Source of the DNA: Gemmatimonadaceae bacterium
Lineage (GTDB): Bacteria; Gemmatimonadota; Gemmatimonadetes; Gemmatimonadales; Gemmatimonadaceae
Direction of reading: 5' to 3'
Length of the DNA stretch: 64,000 bases
Assembly (NCBI GenBank): GCA_045803545.1
Contig: JBJMOW010000004.1
Location: 928,001-992,000 of the forward strand
The notes below the pieces were generated by a model. That model did not search any database. It was not told where the DNA came from and saw only the letters and a program-made list of their open reading frames with translations. The translations under genes were made by a program, and so were the position numbers. Position 1 is the stretch's first letter. Each line of letters starts with the position of its first letter. Below are positions 42,135 to 52,780 of the stretch, piece after piece.

Positions 42135-43523
42135 TTATCTCAAAGTCGTCACACTGCCGGTCGCACGAGCGAGCGCGACACGAGCGAGCTGATACGCAGT
42201 TTCGGCGTCGTTCACCAACGTCCGCGATGCTGTGAGCGCAAGCGATGCATTCACAACGTCTGCGTTCCCTGCCACTCCGGCGTTGAAGCGATCCCGCGCC
42301 TGTGCCAGCTCCTGCTGGGCCAGACTAAGTCGCTCCGTTGCCGCGGCTACCTGCTCGGTGGCGTTCGCCAGATCTAGGAGAGCCCCGCGGACATCCGCCT
42401 CTGCCTGCTGCTCGAGATCGCGGCGCCGAATTTCCGCTTCTTTCACCACGGATCGCTGTTCCTGAACGCGAGCCTCGCGACGGAATCCGTCGAAAATCGG
42501 CAGGGAGACCTGCAGGCCCCAGGTGTAAGTGCCCAAAAGCTTTCCTCCGGTCTTCCCAATTACACCGTCATCGGCGACAAGCCCCAGAGTAGGCAACCGT
42601 TCCGCTTTGATAGCTGAGAGTCCCTGCTTCGCGGCACGCACCCGCTCTTCTTCGGCGATCAGATCTGGCCGATTGCGTATGGCCTGGCTGACCAGCGTAG
42701 CCTCATCGGGCAAAGTCTGACGTGCTGCCGTCGGGGATAAGGAATCAGCGAGAACGACCTCGGTCCCGACCGGAAGCGAGAGCGCGCGAAGCACATCGAG
42801 ATGCGCGTGATCGCGTGCGTTCCGTGAGCTAATCAGGCTGGCGCGCGTGGCGGCCAGCTGCGCCTTGGCGCGCGTGACGTCCAGTCCGACTCCGGTGCCC
42901 GCCTGAAGCTGGGACTGCGCGATGCGAAGGAGCTCGGTCGCCAGGACGGTATCGGCCTGTCGAGCCCGCAAATCTGCGTCAGCGCGCATTGCTCTCACGT
43001 ATGCGGTTGTCGCAGTGGTCGCCGCCAATTCGGCGCTCGCATCCGCATCAGCGTTGGACGACCTCGCCTGCGCCTGTGCAGATCTCACGCGACCAATCGC
43101 ACTGAAGTCGAGCAGATTTTGCTGCACGCGACCGCGAATGTCGACGAGATTAACCGGGCCTTCCACCTGGCCAGCGGGATCGAAAATCGGTGGTTGGCCG
43201 GGGGGCGAGGGAAAATCGATGCCGAAGGTGGCGGTGTTGAAGGTGTGCCCTGATTGATTCGCGTACGCGGTCAAATTCGGAAGCAGGTCCGCGCGACGCT
43301 CGCGTACGCGAGCCTGGGCTTCATCAGCGCGAAGGCGCGCGCCCAGGGCAACGGCGCTTTGTCGCGCGGCCAAACGCGCAGCTTCGCCGAGTGAAAGCGT
43401 AACGAGACCGTCGACCGGGCGAGGCAACGAATCGACGTTTTGGGCCAATAGTGGAGGCGATACGATTGCAATCGTTGCGGCGACAGCGATCGCGCGCCGA
43501 ACGCTAGAGAAAATCTCAGTCAT
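42135..43523 (-). CDS. TolC-family outer membrane efflux protein
   Basis: Signal peptide, two OEP repeats (LLPNL, RLPTL..SLPIFDG). Confidence 0.9.
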   Translation of the reverse strand: MTEIFSSVRRAIAVAATIAIVSPPLLAQNVDSLPRPVDGLVTLSLGEAARLAARQSAVALGARLRADEAQARVRERRADLLPNLTAYANQSGHTFNTATFGIDFPSPPGQPPIFDPAGQVEGPVNLVDIRGRVQQNLLDFSAIGRVRSAQAQARSSNADADASAELAATTATTAYVRAMRADADLRARQADTVLATELLRIAQSQLQAGTGVGLDVTRAKAQLAATRASLISSRNARDHAHLDVLRALSLPVGTEVVLADSLSPTAARQTLPDEATLVSQAIRNRPDLIAEEERVRAAKQGLSAIKAERLPTLGLVADDGVIGKTGGKLLGTYTWGLQVSLPIFDGFRREARVQEQRSVVKEAEIRRRDLEQQAEADVRGALLDLANATEQVAAATERLSLAQQELAQARDRFNAGVAGNADVVNASLALTASRTLVNDAETAYQLARVALARATGSVTTLR

Positions 43524-44223
43524 TGTGAAAAGGGAAGAACGAAACTGCAGGGGCGCCGTCAGCCTGTTCGCAGGCGCCGATGGATGTGGTGAGGGAGTGT
43601 AGATAGAACTGCGCCAGCTCGCGAAAAACTTCCTCGCGCTTCTTGTGGCAAAGGAGCGGGACGCCGGTGTGCTCGTCGCTCCAGATGGCGTTCATCACCG
43701 TGAGTGCGACCAGCATGCGCGCGGCAACCATTGGATCGACTTCGCGAAATTCGCCGGCCTCGGTGCCGCGGCGGATGATACCGCTGAGCAGCCTTAGTCC
43801 GCGGGCAGTGACTTCATCGGCGTAGAAACGCGCGAGGTCGGGGAACCGATGCAGCTCGCCGAGGACCAGGCGGTGCAGGGTATTGAAGAGTGGAGAGCTA
43901 ACGAAAGCCCAGTACCCGCGCATTGCGCCGTAAAGCTGTTCGCTGGGCGATCCGCCCTGGCTCGCAGTTTTTTCGCCCGTTTCAATCGCGGCGACGGCGG
44001 TTTGGCGGACTACTTCCCGGAAGAGCTCTTCCTTGTTCGGGAAGTAGAGGTAGATGGTTCCCTTGGAGACTCCGGCGCGGGCGGCGATATCCTGGAGGCG
44101 GGCCTTGGCGAGTCCGCACTCGCCGAAGACCTCTAGTGCGGCCTCGATGATCTGCTGGGGCCGGTGCTCGGGTCTTCTGCGCCACTTGGGCGATTTTGCG
44201 ACGGCTGGTATGGTAGCGGACAT
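43516..44223 (-). CDS. TetR/AcrR-family regulator
   Basis: IIEAALEVF, IAARAGVSKGTIYLYFPNKEELF. Confidence 0.93.
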   Translation of the reverse strand: MSATIPAVAKSPKWRRRPEHRPQQIIEAALEVFGECGLAKARLQDIAARAGVSKGTIYLYFPNKEELFREVVRQTAVAAIETGEKTASQGGSPSEQLYGAMRGYWAFVSSPLFNTLHRLVLGELHRFPDLARFYADEVTARGLRLLSGIIRRGTEAGEFREVDPMVAARMLVALTVMNAIWSDEHTGVPLLCHKKREEVFRELAQFYLHSLTTSIGACEQADGAPAVSFFPFHND

Positions 44224-44241
44224 TGCGGTAAACACATAGTA

Positions 44242-44255
44242 ACTGACCGGTCAGT
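44242..44255. promoter_or_regulatory. Palindromic TetR operator candidate
   Basis: Perfect palindrome ACTGACCGGTCAGT about 20 nt upstream of the tetR ATG. Confidence 0.75.
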
Positions 44256-44365
44256 AAGATATATTGAGTCATCTCTGGAGTAAAGGGGAACAACGACGCT
44301 TGCTGCTGCCTGCTTCGGCTAGCCGCCGAGCAGCTGGCTCAAAGCCCAGCGGCCAGCGCCGTTTG

Positions 44366-44521
44366 TTAATGCCTCGTTATCGCTTTTGACTCCTCGAGAT
44401 GCCTGTACTTCGCATTCGTCAGCAGCACGATCGAAGTCAGGATGAGGAATAGGGTCACCGCGCTGAGGATGAAGCCGGTGAGCGCAGCAGCGAGATCGGT
44501 TTTCTTTTTGATCGCCATCAT
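44366..44521 (-). CDS. Small single-TM protein (51 aa)
   Basis: ATGA overlap with the cyclophilin stop, [43 protein letters not shown]. Confidence 0.6.
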   Translation of the reverse strand: MMAIKKKTDLAAALTGFILSAVTLFLILTSIVLLTNAKYRHLEESKAITRH

Positions 44522-44997
44522 TTCGCTCCCGGCTCGCTCGCCACGCGTGCCTTCGACAGGGTGTCGTTCTGATTGATCTTCGGAATCACCTCGAGCCCTT
44601 CGACCACCCGCCCGAAAACTGTGTGCACCCCGTTCAGGTGTCGAGTGTTCGCCTCGCTGAGCACGATGAAGAACTGGCTGCCGCCGGTATCCTTGCCCGC
44701 GTGCGCCATCGATAGTGCGCCAACCTGATGCTTGTTCGGATTCCCGGACGTTTCGCATTTGATCTTGTAGCCAGGCCCACCGGTTCCAACCGGTCCTTTC
44801 GCCTCGGCGCCGCCTTTCGAGTACGGGTCGCCACCCTGCACCATGAAATCCTTGATCACACGGTGGAACTTCGTTCCGTCGTAAAATCCTGAGTTCGCCA
44901 GCTTCTCGAAATTGGCGACAGTATTCGGCGCGTCTTTCTCGAACAGCTCGGCGCGCATAGTTCCTTTGTTCGTTTCGATTGTGGCGATTTTCGTCAT
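44518..44997 (-). CDS. Cyclophilin-type peptidyl-prolyl isomerase
   Basis: [43 protein letters not shown]. Confidence 0.95.
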   Translation of the reverse strand: MTKIATIETNKGTMRAELFEKDAPNTVANFEKLANSGFYDGTKFHRVIKDFMVQGGDPYSKGGAEAKGPVGTGGPGYKIKCETSGNPNKHQVGALSMAHAGKDTGGSQFFIVLSEANTRHLNGVHTVFGRVVEGLEVIPKINQNDTLSKARVASEPGAK

Positions 44998-45032
44998 TAG
45001 TCGAGGAAGGGAATTGCTAAAACTAACACACA

Positions 45033-45090
45033 GATTGAGGCGTTCGGACCAACAGCCTGAACTGGCTGTTTTAGTCCGAACGCCTCAATC
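45033..45090. mobile_element. 58-bp palindromic mini-element, internally deleted derivative of the 62676-63300 cassette
   Basis: First 25 bp identical to 62676-62700; right part closely matches 63271-63300. Confidence 0.8.
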
Positions 45091-45754
45091 ATTTCCGCGC
45101 GGCGCGAAATCCGGCGGGTCGTTCCCGGCTCGCCTGGTCGAGCGCGCGACGCACGCCCGCCGCATCAAAGTCGGTCCCATACACCGGAGATCCCGGCTGC
45201 TGCTTCCATGACTCGTCGAGTCCGCCCGCGTCAACAGCGTCAAATCCCATCTCGTCGAGCAGCTTGATCACGACATCCTTGGCTTGCTTGTCGTCGCCGG
45301 CCACCGGCAACGCAATGCGTCCGGGCGTGCCACGTGGTTTACCGCGGTCCAGCAGATGCTTCGCGTAGATGTTGTTAAATGCTTTCACAACCGGTCGTCC
45401 GAGCTGCTGCGCTACCCACCGACTCTCGGTCGTTCCTGATTCGATGTCAGACAGGTAGCCGTCTCGCTGAGGGTAATAATTGCCGGTGTCGACTATCACT
45501 GCGGTTGCAGGTGTGTCAGCGAATAGATCGCGCGGCAACCTGGGGATGCTCTTCTCCGGAATGGTGACTATCACAACCTCACCCTTCCGCGCCGCTTCGC
45601 TCGGTGTCACCGCTTTGGCGCCAGTCTCGCGCGCGAGACCGTCCAGGGTCTCCGGACCACGAGAGTTCGCGACATAGACCTCGTGACCAAGCTGACTGAG
45701 ACGGCGAGTAAGATTGCCGCCAATGTGTCCGGCTCCGATGATTCCGATTCTCAT
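45089..45754 (-). CDS. NADPH-dependent F420 reductase-like / dinucleotide-binding oxidoreductase
   Basis: IGIIGAGHIGG, ANSRGPETL, VDTGNYYP.RD, VVKAFNN. Confidence 0.85.
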   Translation of the reverse strand: MRIGIIGAGHIGGNLTRRLSQLGHEVYVANSRGPETLDGLARETGAKAVTPSEAARKGEVVIVTIPEKSIPRLPRDLFADTPATAVIVDTGNYYPQRDGYLSDIESGTTESRWVAQQLGRPVVKAFNNIYAKHLLDRGKPRGTPGRIALPVAGDDKQAKDVVIKLLDEMGFDAVDAGGLDESWKQQPGSPVYGTDFDAAGVRRALDQASRERPAGFRAARK

Positions 45755-45764
45755 ATCTGCTCCG

Positions 45765-46466
45765 TTAAATAGTGCTCGACGGGCAAATCTCGACCAGCGT
45801 GCAGCTCACACACTGCGGTGAGCGGGCGAAACAGACTCGACGCCCGTGAAAGATCAACACGTGGGCGAGCATCGTCCAATCGTCGCGCTCAATGAGACCC
45901 ATCAAATCCTGCTCGGCTTTCACGGGATCGGTTTGACGCGTGAGGCCAAGTCGCACTGCGAGCCTGCCAACGTGAGTGTCGACGACCACGCCTTCGTTCT
46001 TGCCGAACGCATTGCCGAGTATGACGTTGGCGGTCTTGCGACCAACGCCGGGTAGTTTGACCAGCTCCTCCATCGAGTCGGGGACTGCGCCCTTGTGCCG
46101 CTCGACCAGCGCCTTACCGAGCGCGATCAGGCTCTTTGTCTTGTTGCGAAAGAATCCGGTGCTCCTGATCATCTCCTCCAGCACCGTCGGATTCGCATCG
46201 GCGAGCGATTGAGCCGTCGGAAAAGCCTTGAACAGCGCTGGCGTCACCAAGTTGACGCGCTTGTCGGTGCACTGAGCGCTGAGGATGGTTGCTATCAAGA
46301 GCTCGAGCGGGGTGGAGTAATCCAGCTCGACGTGCGCGTCGGGATAAAGGTTGCGCAGCCGCGTGTACAGCTCGCGGGTGTGGGCCGGGATCTGCGCTTT
46401 CGCAATCGAACGTCTGCGCCGGCTGGCAATCGCCTTCTTCAGTTTCTTGACGATCGTTTTTTTCAT
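45765..46466 (-). CDS. nth: Endonuclease III
   Basis: [12 protein letters not shown], Hh[18 protein letters not shown]-x6-C-x2-C-x5-C Fe-S motif. Confidence 0.96.
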   Translation of the reverse strand: MKKTIVKKLKKAIASRRRRSIAKAQIPAHTRELYTRLRNLYPDAHVELDYSTPLELLIATILSAQCTDKRVNLVTPALFKAFPTAQSLADANPTVLEEMIRSTGFFRNKTKSLIALGKALVERHKGAVPDSMEELVKLPGVGRKTANVILGNAFGKNEGVVVDTHVGRLAVRLGLTRQTDPVKAEQDLMGLIERDDWTMLAHVLIFHGRRVCFARSPQCVSCTLVEICPSSTI

Positions 46467-48196
46467 TTACGCCTTTTTCGGGCGAACGCTAGTACATCGT
46501 CCGCGCCGCGGGTGTTGAGGATCTCTACAGACTCGAGCCACGCCTTCCGGGCGAGGCCGATTCCGAAGTGAACATTGTCGAGCCCGGGCACCGAATGCGC
46601 GTCCGGGCCGATCTCGATCGTCACTCCCAATTCCTTCGCGCGACGGCAATAGCGCCAGTCGAGATCGAGCCGATGCGGATCGGCGTTGAGCTCGACCGAC
46701 ACACCGACTTGAGCGGCCTTTTCGAGCACGGCCTCGACATCAAGTGCGTACGGCTCGCGCGACAACAATAATCTTCCGGTCGGATGCGCGAGAATCGTAA
46801 GGTGTGGGTCGTCGAGCGCAGCGAGTACACGCTTCGTCATTGCATCGCCGTCCATGCTAAAGCGCGAATGGATCGAGCCGATGACGTAGTCGAAGGTATC
46901 CAGAACGTCGGAGTCGTAGTCGACGCGGCCGTCGGCGAGAATGTCGGCTTCGATTCCCTTGAGAATCCGGAAGTTCTTGAGCCGGACGTTGATCTCGTCG
47001 ATCTCCTCATGTTGGCGCAGCAAACGATCGCGCTTCAAGCCGCGAGCGTAAAACGCAGACTCCGAGTGATCGGAGATGCCGATGTAATCCCAGCCGCGCT
47101 CAATCGCGCCCTCGGCCAGCTCCTCGATCGTCGCGACACCGTCGGAGTAATCCGAATGGCAGTGAAGGATGCCTCGCAAGTCTTCATAGACGACGAGATC
47201 GGGCAGCTCGTGGCGGGCGGACGCTTCGACTTCGCCCATGCCCTCGCGCATTTCGGGCGGAATCGGCAGGAGATCTAGCGCGGTGAAAAACGCATCCTCA
47301 TCCTCGACCGGAATTCGCTTTCCGTCGGGTCCGATCAACGAGTTGCCGCGAATTTCGAAGCCGCGCTCCTTTGCCAGTTCGCGCACCTCGTCGACGTGCG
47401 GCGAATTGCCCGTCGCGCGCCATAGGGCTACCGGATAGTCGGCTTTGGTGACGCAGTGAATGTCGAGATGGGTTCCGTCAACGAATCGAATCTGGACCGA
47501 GCCCGGCTCATCGGGCTTCGAGGTCGCCTCGCGCACACCCGGCGATCTCGCAAAGGAATCGGCAACCTTGACCGGATCCTTCGTGCACTCGGCGACGATG
47601 TCGACGTCAGCGACGAGCTCATTGTGCCGCCTGATCGAGCCGGCGATTTCCGCGTGGTCGACGTCGGGATGGCGGTCGACATTTGTCGCGAGCATGTGGG
47701 CCTGGATGATCGCCGCCGGGAATCGCTGCAGATGCGCATCGCGTCGCACGACCTCGATTCCGCGAAGTATCTTGTGGGCCGTCTTGTCGCCGAACTTCGG
47801 CAGCTTGGCGAGCTCACCGTTCTGAGCGACGCGTTCGAGATCTTCGAGGGTCTGGACGCCGAGCTCGGCGTGAATGAATTGGATTTTTTCGGCATTGAGT
47901 CCGGGGACGCGCATCAAATCCACCATCCCCGACGGCATTCCTTCGCTGAGCTGATTCAGGTATCGCGATTCGCCAGTCTCGACGAGGTCTCGGACGACCG
48001 AGAGCGTAGCGGGGCCGATACCGGGTGTGTCAGCGAGCTCGCCGGAACGGAGCAGCGGACCCAGGTCATCGGTGTCGAGCGCGATCAATGCGCGCGCGGC
48101 CCCCTGATACGCTTTAGCCTTGAACCTTTGTTCGCCTTTCAAACGAAGAAGCGAACCGATTTGGGAGAGAACGTGCGCTGCTGACCGCGAATCCAT
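46463..48196 (-). CDS. polX: DNA polymerase X with PHP domain
   Basis: HhH motifs, [40 protein letters not shown]. Confidence 0.93.
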   Translation of the reverse strand: MDSRSAAHVLSQIGSLLRLKGEQRFKAKAYQGAARALIALDTDDLGPLLRSGELADTPGIGPATLSVVRDLVETGESRYLNQLSEGMPSGMVDLMRVPGLNAEKIQFIHAELGVQTLEDLERVAQNGELAKLPKFGDKTAHKILRGIEVVRRDAHLQRFPAAIIQAHMLATNVDRHPDVDHAEIAGSIRRHNELVADVDIVAECTKDPVKVADSFARSPGVREATSKPDEPGSVQIRFVDGTHLDIHCVTKADYPVALWRATGNSPHVDEVRELAKERGFEIRGNSLIGPDGKRIPVEDEDAFFTALDLLPIPPEMREGMGEVEASARHELPDLVVYEDLRGILHCHSDYSDGVATIEELAEGAIERGWDYIGISDHSESAFYARGLKRDRLLRQHEEIDEINVRLKNFRILKGIEADILADGRVDYDSDVLDTFDYVIGSIHSRFSMDGDAMTKRVLAALDDPHLTILAHPTGRLLLSREPYALDVEAVLEKAAQVGVSVELNADPHRLDLDWRYCRRAKELGVTIEIGPDAHSVPGLDNVHFGIGLARKAWLESVEILNTRGADDVLAFARKRRK

Positions 48197-48250
48197 TCCC
48201 GCAATTTAAGCGGGATGCCTGCCCGTCTCCTTCCTTAAGGAAGGGCGAAA

Positions 48251-48712
48251 TCAGGTCGCTTCTTCGACGCCGGCGTGGAAGGGGAGGGTCTTCACGATCT
48301 CCTCTATCTGCTTCTGAATCAGCTCGAGCTCCTGGCTGGCGCCCTCACTGTCCAGCATGCCGTGCCGCATCGTCACGGCCACCCGGTTCATGTACTTGAT
48401 CTTGGTGATGATTTCTTCGGTGGCCCGACGGAGTCGGATATAGCGACGCTTGTCCGCCAGTGCGCGGTGGCAACGCCGCTCGAGATCCTGGGGAGTGAGC
48501 TTACGCGCCGTCTCGACGGCTTCGGCGATGGTACGACCGGGAACAGCGCCGTGATCGGGGATTCCCATTTGGTCGCTGTTTGGATCGCTGAACCAGAGCC
48601 TGCCGATGTATTCGACACCGTCATAGGCGAGACGGAGCGCTACTCTGTATTCCTTGCCGTCAACCGTGATCGAGCTGATCGCGTGCTGCGTTACGCCGGA
48701 ATCTGATGTCAT
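48251..48712 (-). CDS. Hypothetical protein
   Basis: 153-aa ORF with genome-typical codon bias, co-oriented with neighbours. Confidence 0.75.
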   Translation of the reverse strand: MTSDSGVTQHAISSITVDGKEYRVALRLAYDGVEYIGRLWFSDPNSDQMGIPDHGAVPGRTIAEAVETARKLTPQDLERRCHRALADKRRYIRLRRATEEIITKIKYMNRVAVTMRHGMLDSEGASQELELIQKQIEEIVKTLPFHAGVEEAT

Positions 48713-48721
48713 GGCTGAATT

Positions 48722-49645
48722 TCAGCGTCGTACAGGCGGATTTGTCTCATCCAGGAATGGTTCGAGTGCCGCGAAAAGCCGGTCCGGTTGTTCAACGTAC
48801 GGCACATGCCCGCAGTCGTCCAGCACCACCAGGTCCGTTCCGAGGGCGTTAGCAGCGTCACTGGAAGACGCTAATGGAATAGGATCGTCACGCCCGTGGA
48901 TCACAATTGAAGGGATTTTAATCGCTTCCAGGTCAGGAAACAGGTTGAAATCACCGAGACTTTGCCACACAGACTGCTGGATCCTGCCGATGACCCGGAA
49001 GGGCGTGAGGTCGGTTGCCTTGCGCGGATCGGAGAAATACCCGGCAACGCTCAACTCAAACGCGCGGTGGCGGTTGGCTTCCGGATCGCGTTCGCGCAAA
49101 CCAGACGCGTTCAGCTCGTCGCGCAACCGCTGGATTTCAGGACTCGCCTGCCTGCGTGCAAACTCGGCGTCGAACTGTGCGCGATACTCGCGGGTCAGTG
49201 GCGCTGGGTTGATCAGCGCCAGCCGTGCCGGTGGGATCAGATGCGGGTTTCTCCGCTGTTCGATCGCGTACAGAAGCGCCAGCATCGCACCCCAGGAGTA
49301 TCCAACGATCGAAAGTGGTTCGAGCCGGTGCTCGTCGGCAATCCGTCCCAGATCATCGACGTGAGTCCGCCACGTCACCTGCATCCGCGCGTCGGTTCGC
49401 GATCGTCCGCCACCGCGCTGATCGTAAAAGGTGAGATCGTATTTCTCGCCGAGCCGCAGCATTTGCGGCAACAGATAACAGTGATCGGCGCCCGGCCCGC
49501 CGTGCAGGACTATGAGCTTTGGTGCGCCGGTCTTTCCGTACCTGGCCCAATAGATCGGGACTTCGGTTGAAGTTGTGAAGCCCTCCTCGCGCGGAGGCGG
49601 AATGCGGGAGGCGCGAGACGGGAGGCGGGAGGCGGAACTGCTCAA
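48722..49645 (-). CDS. Alpha/beta hydrolase (proline iminopeptidase-like)
   Basis: LHGGPG, YDQRGGG, GYSWG nucleophile, HGRDD, GHVP. Confidence 0.9.
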   Translation of the reverse strand: MSSSASRLPSRASRIPPPREEGFTTSTEVPIYWARYGKTGAPKLIVLHGGPGADHCYLLPQMLRLGEKYDLTFYDQRGGGRSRTDARMQVTWRTHVDDLGRIADEHRLEPLSIVGYSWGAMLALLYAIEQRRNPHLIPPARLALINPAPLTREYRAQFDAEFARRQASPEIQRLRDELNASGLRERDPEANRHRAFELSVAGYFSDPRKATDLTPFRVIGRIQQSVWQSLGDFNLFPDLEAIKIPSIVIHGRDDPIPLASSSDAANALGTDLVVLDDCGHVPYVEQPDRLFAALEPFLDETNPPVRR

Positions 49646-49675
49646 AGAGCCGGAGGTGGAGGCGAGAAGCGGGAC
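49591..49675. repeat. Degenerate GGGAGGC/TCCCGCC heptamer tract spanning the intergenic gap and hydrolase N-terminus
   Basis: Minus strand reads TTCCGCC TCCCGCC TCCCGTC TCGCGCC TCCCGCA TTCCGCC. Confidence 0.65.
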
Positions 49676-49677
49676 GT

Positions 49678-50745
<1,068 letters not shown>

Positions 50746-50924
50746 GCGTGGTAAAGTTGACAGGTTTGGGCAGACACGGCCTCGAGGACGTGACGAGCGA
50801 GGAGAAGCAAAATGTATAGCAACAGGGACCTAAAATGACGTTGTAAGCGTGCGGGGCTGGCCTTCGCGAACGACTCTTGCAACTCGACGCGCGGTATCAA
50901 TCACTAGTACAGCGCTTGTTCATC

Positions 50925-52742
50925 ATGAGAAACGCCCTTCCGCTGCTGCTTGCATCTTTCTTCGCGACAGCAGTCCAATCGTCACCAGCGGCGGCACAAG
51001 CGGTCGCGACTTCCGCGCCAATCACCGATGTGCGCTACGAGGTGACCTTCACTCGCGCAAACGGTGAGCAGCGGCGCGTCGGTTCGGCGATGACCTTTAC
51101 CGTTGGAGGCATCGATCCGGTTGTGCTGGCGCTCCCGAAATGGACGCCGGGCGCCTACGAAATTGCCGATTTTTCGCGCGATGTGCTGAATTTTTCGGCC
51201 GAGCAGGCGGGCGCATCGCTGGCGTGGGATAAAGCGGGCCCCGACACGTGGCGTATTCGTCCACGTGGAGTTGGTGAAGTGACGGTACGGTTCGAATATC
51301 TCGCGGACAGCCTCGACAACGCCAACACGTGGGCGCGTCCCGACTTTCTTCTCTTCAACGGCACCAACCTCTTCCTCTATCCGGCGGGCCGGGGATTCGA
51401 TTTTCCAGCGTCAGTATCGGTGAATACCGAAGCTGGGTGGAAGGTGGTCACGGGGATGCGATCGGCGAGCCCACGACAATATTCGGCTCCGAACTACCAT
51501 GATTTGGTCGACTTCCCGTTTTTCGTCGGACAATTCGACGTCGACAGCGCCCAGATTTCGGGCACCTGGGTTCGCTTCGCGACTTACCCATCAGGCAGCG
51601 TGACTGGTGGTGCGCGCATCGCGGTATGGGAAGCGCTGAAGCGTGTCATTCCAGCCGAAGTCAAGGTCTTCAAAGAAGTGCCGTGGACGACATACAGTGT
51701 GCTTCAGATCGCGGATCCCAGCTACGGCGGCGGCTCCGGGTTGGAGCATCAGAACTCCCACGTTGACGTGCTCGGTCCCGGGATGCTGGGGACACCGGTG
51801 CTGCCCTCACTCTATGCCCACGAGATCTTTCACGCCTGGAACGTAAAGCGCCTACGGCCGGCGGACCTTTGGCCGTACCGCTACGACCAGGAGCAGCCAA
51901 CGACCTTACTGTGGGTCAGCGAAGGCATCACCGATTATTACGCGGATCTCGCCGAGGTACGCGGCGGAGTCATAAATCCGCAGGGATTCTACGAGGCGAC
52001 GAGTGACAAGATCTCGCAGGTGGAGCAGCTTCCGCCGACATCGCTCGAGGATGCATCACTGTCGACGTGGGTGCATCCGCGTGACGGCACCGAGTACATC
52101 TACTATCCGAAGGGCTCACTCGCCGGGTTGCTGATCGATATCATGATTCGTGACGCGAGCGGCAATCACAGCTCGCTCGACGATGTGATGCGCAACCTGT
52201 TCAACGCGGACTACAAGGGTGGGCGTGGATTCACCAATGAGGAATGGTGGGCGGCTATAACATCCGCCGCCAACGGAAAATCATTCGCCGATTTTTCTGC
52301 GCGCTACATCGACGGGCGCGAGCCGTTTCCTTACGAGCGAGTGCTGCCATTGGCGGGCTTGCGGCTCGCCCGCGATACCGCCCGAGTGCCGCAATTAGGC
52401 ATTGCGAGTCTGCAGGATTCGACGGGATTGCGAGTTACCGAAGTGATTCCCGGGAGTGCAGCCGCTACTGCGGGAGTACAGCCTGGTGATCAGCTCGTTT
52501 CAGTAGCGGGGTTCGACGCTGCCGATCCGAATTGGACCGATCGCTTTCGCGCCCGCTACTCGAGCGTGGCTGAGGGAACAGATCTGCCGGTAGTAATCAA
52601 GCGCGACGGTCAGCAGCAAACCCTGATGGCGCATCTGCATTTTGTGCTGCGGATCGAGTCGCGCGTCGTCGAGGATGTCAGGGCGTCGGCCAAGGCGAAA
52701 AGGATTAGATCGGGATTGCTGACGGGAACGACCAGTCCGTGA
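50925..52742 (+). CDS. M61 glycyl aminopeptidase family protein with PDZ domain
   Basis: WTPGAY, GLEH..S, HEIFHAWNVKRLRP, LWVSEGITDYY, YYPKG. Confidence 0.92.
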   Translation: MRNALPLLLASFFATAVQSSPAAAQAVATSAPITDVRYEVTFTRANGEQRRVGSAMTFTVGGIDPVVLALPKWTPGAYEIADFSRDVLNFSAEQAGASLAWDKAGPDTWRIRPRGVGEVTVRFEYLADSLDNANTWARPDFLLFNGTNLFLYPAGRGFDFPASVSVNTEAGWKVVTGMRSASPRQYSAPNYHDLVDFPFFVGQFDVDSAQISGTWVRFATYPSGSVTGGARIAVWEALKRVIPAEVKVFKEVPWTTYSVLQIADPSYGGGSGLEHQNSHVDVLGPGMLGTPVLPSLYAHEIFHAWNVKRLRPADLWPYRYDQEQPTTLLWVSEGITDYYADLAEVRGGVINPQGFYEATSDKISQVEQLPPTSLEDASLSTWVHPRDGTEYIYYPKGSLAGLLIDIMIRDASGNHSSLDDVMRNLFNADYKGGRGFTNEEWWAAITSAANGKSFADFSARYIDGREPFPYERVLPLAGLRLARDTARVPQLGIASLQDSTGLRVTEVIPGSAAATAGVQPGDQLVSVAGFDAADPNWTDRFRARYSSVAEGTDLPVVIKRDGQQQTLMAHLHFVLRIESRVVEDVRASAKAKRIRSGLLTGTTSP

Positions 52743-52780
52743 TGCGAGCCAACGATTAGTTGGCTCTCATCACGCAGCTG

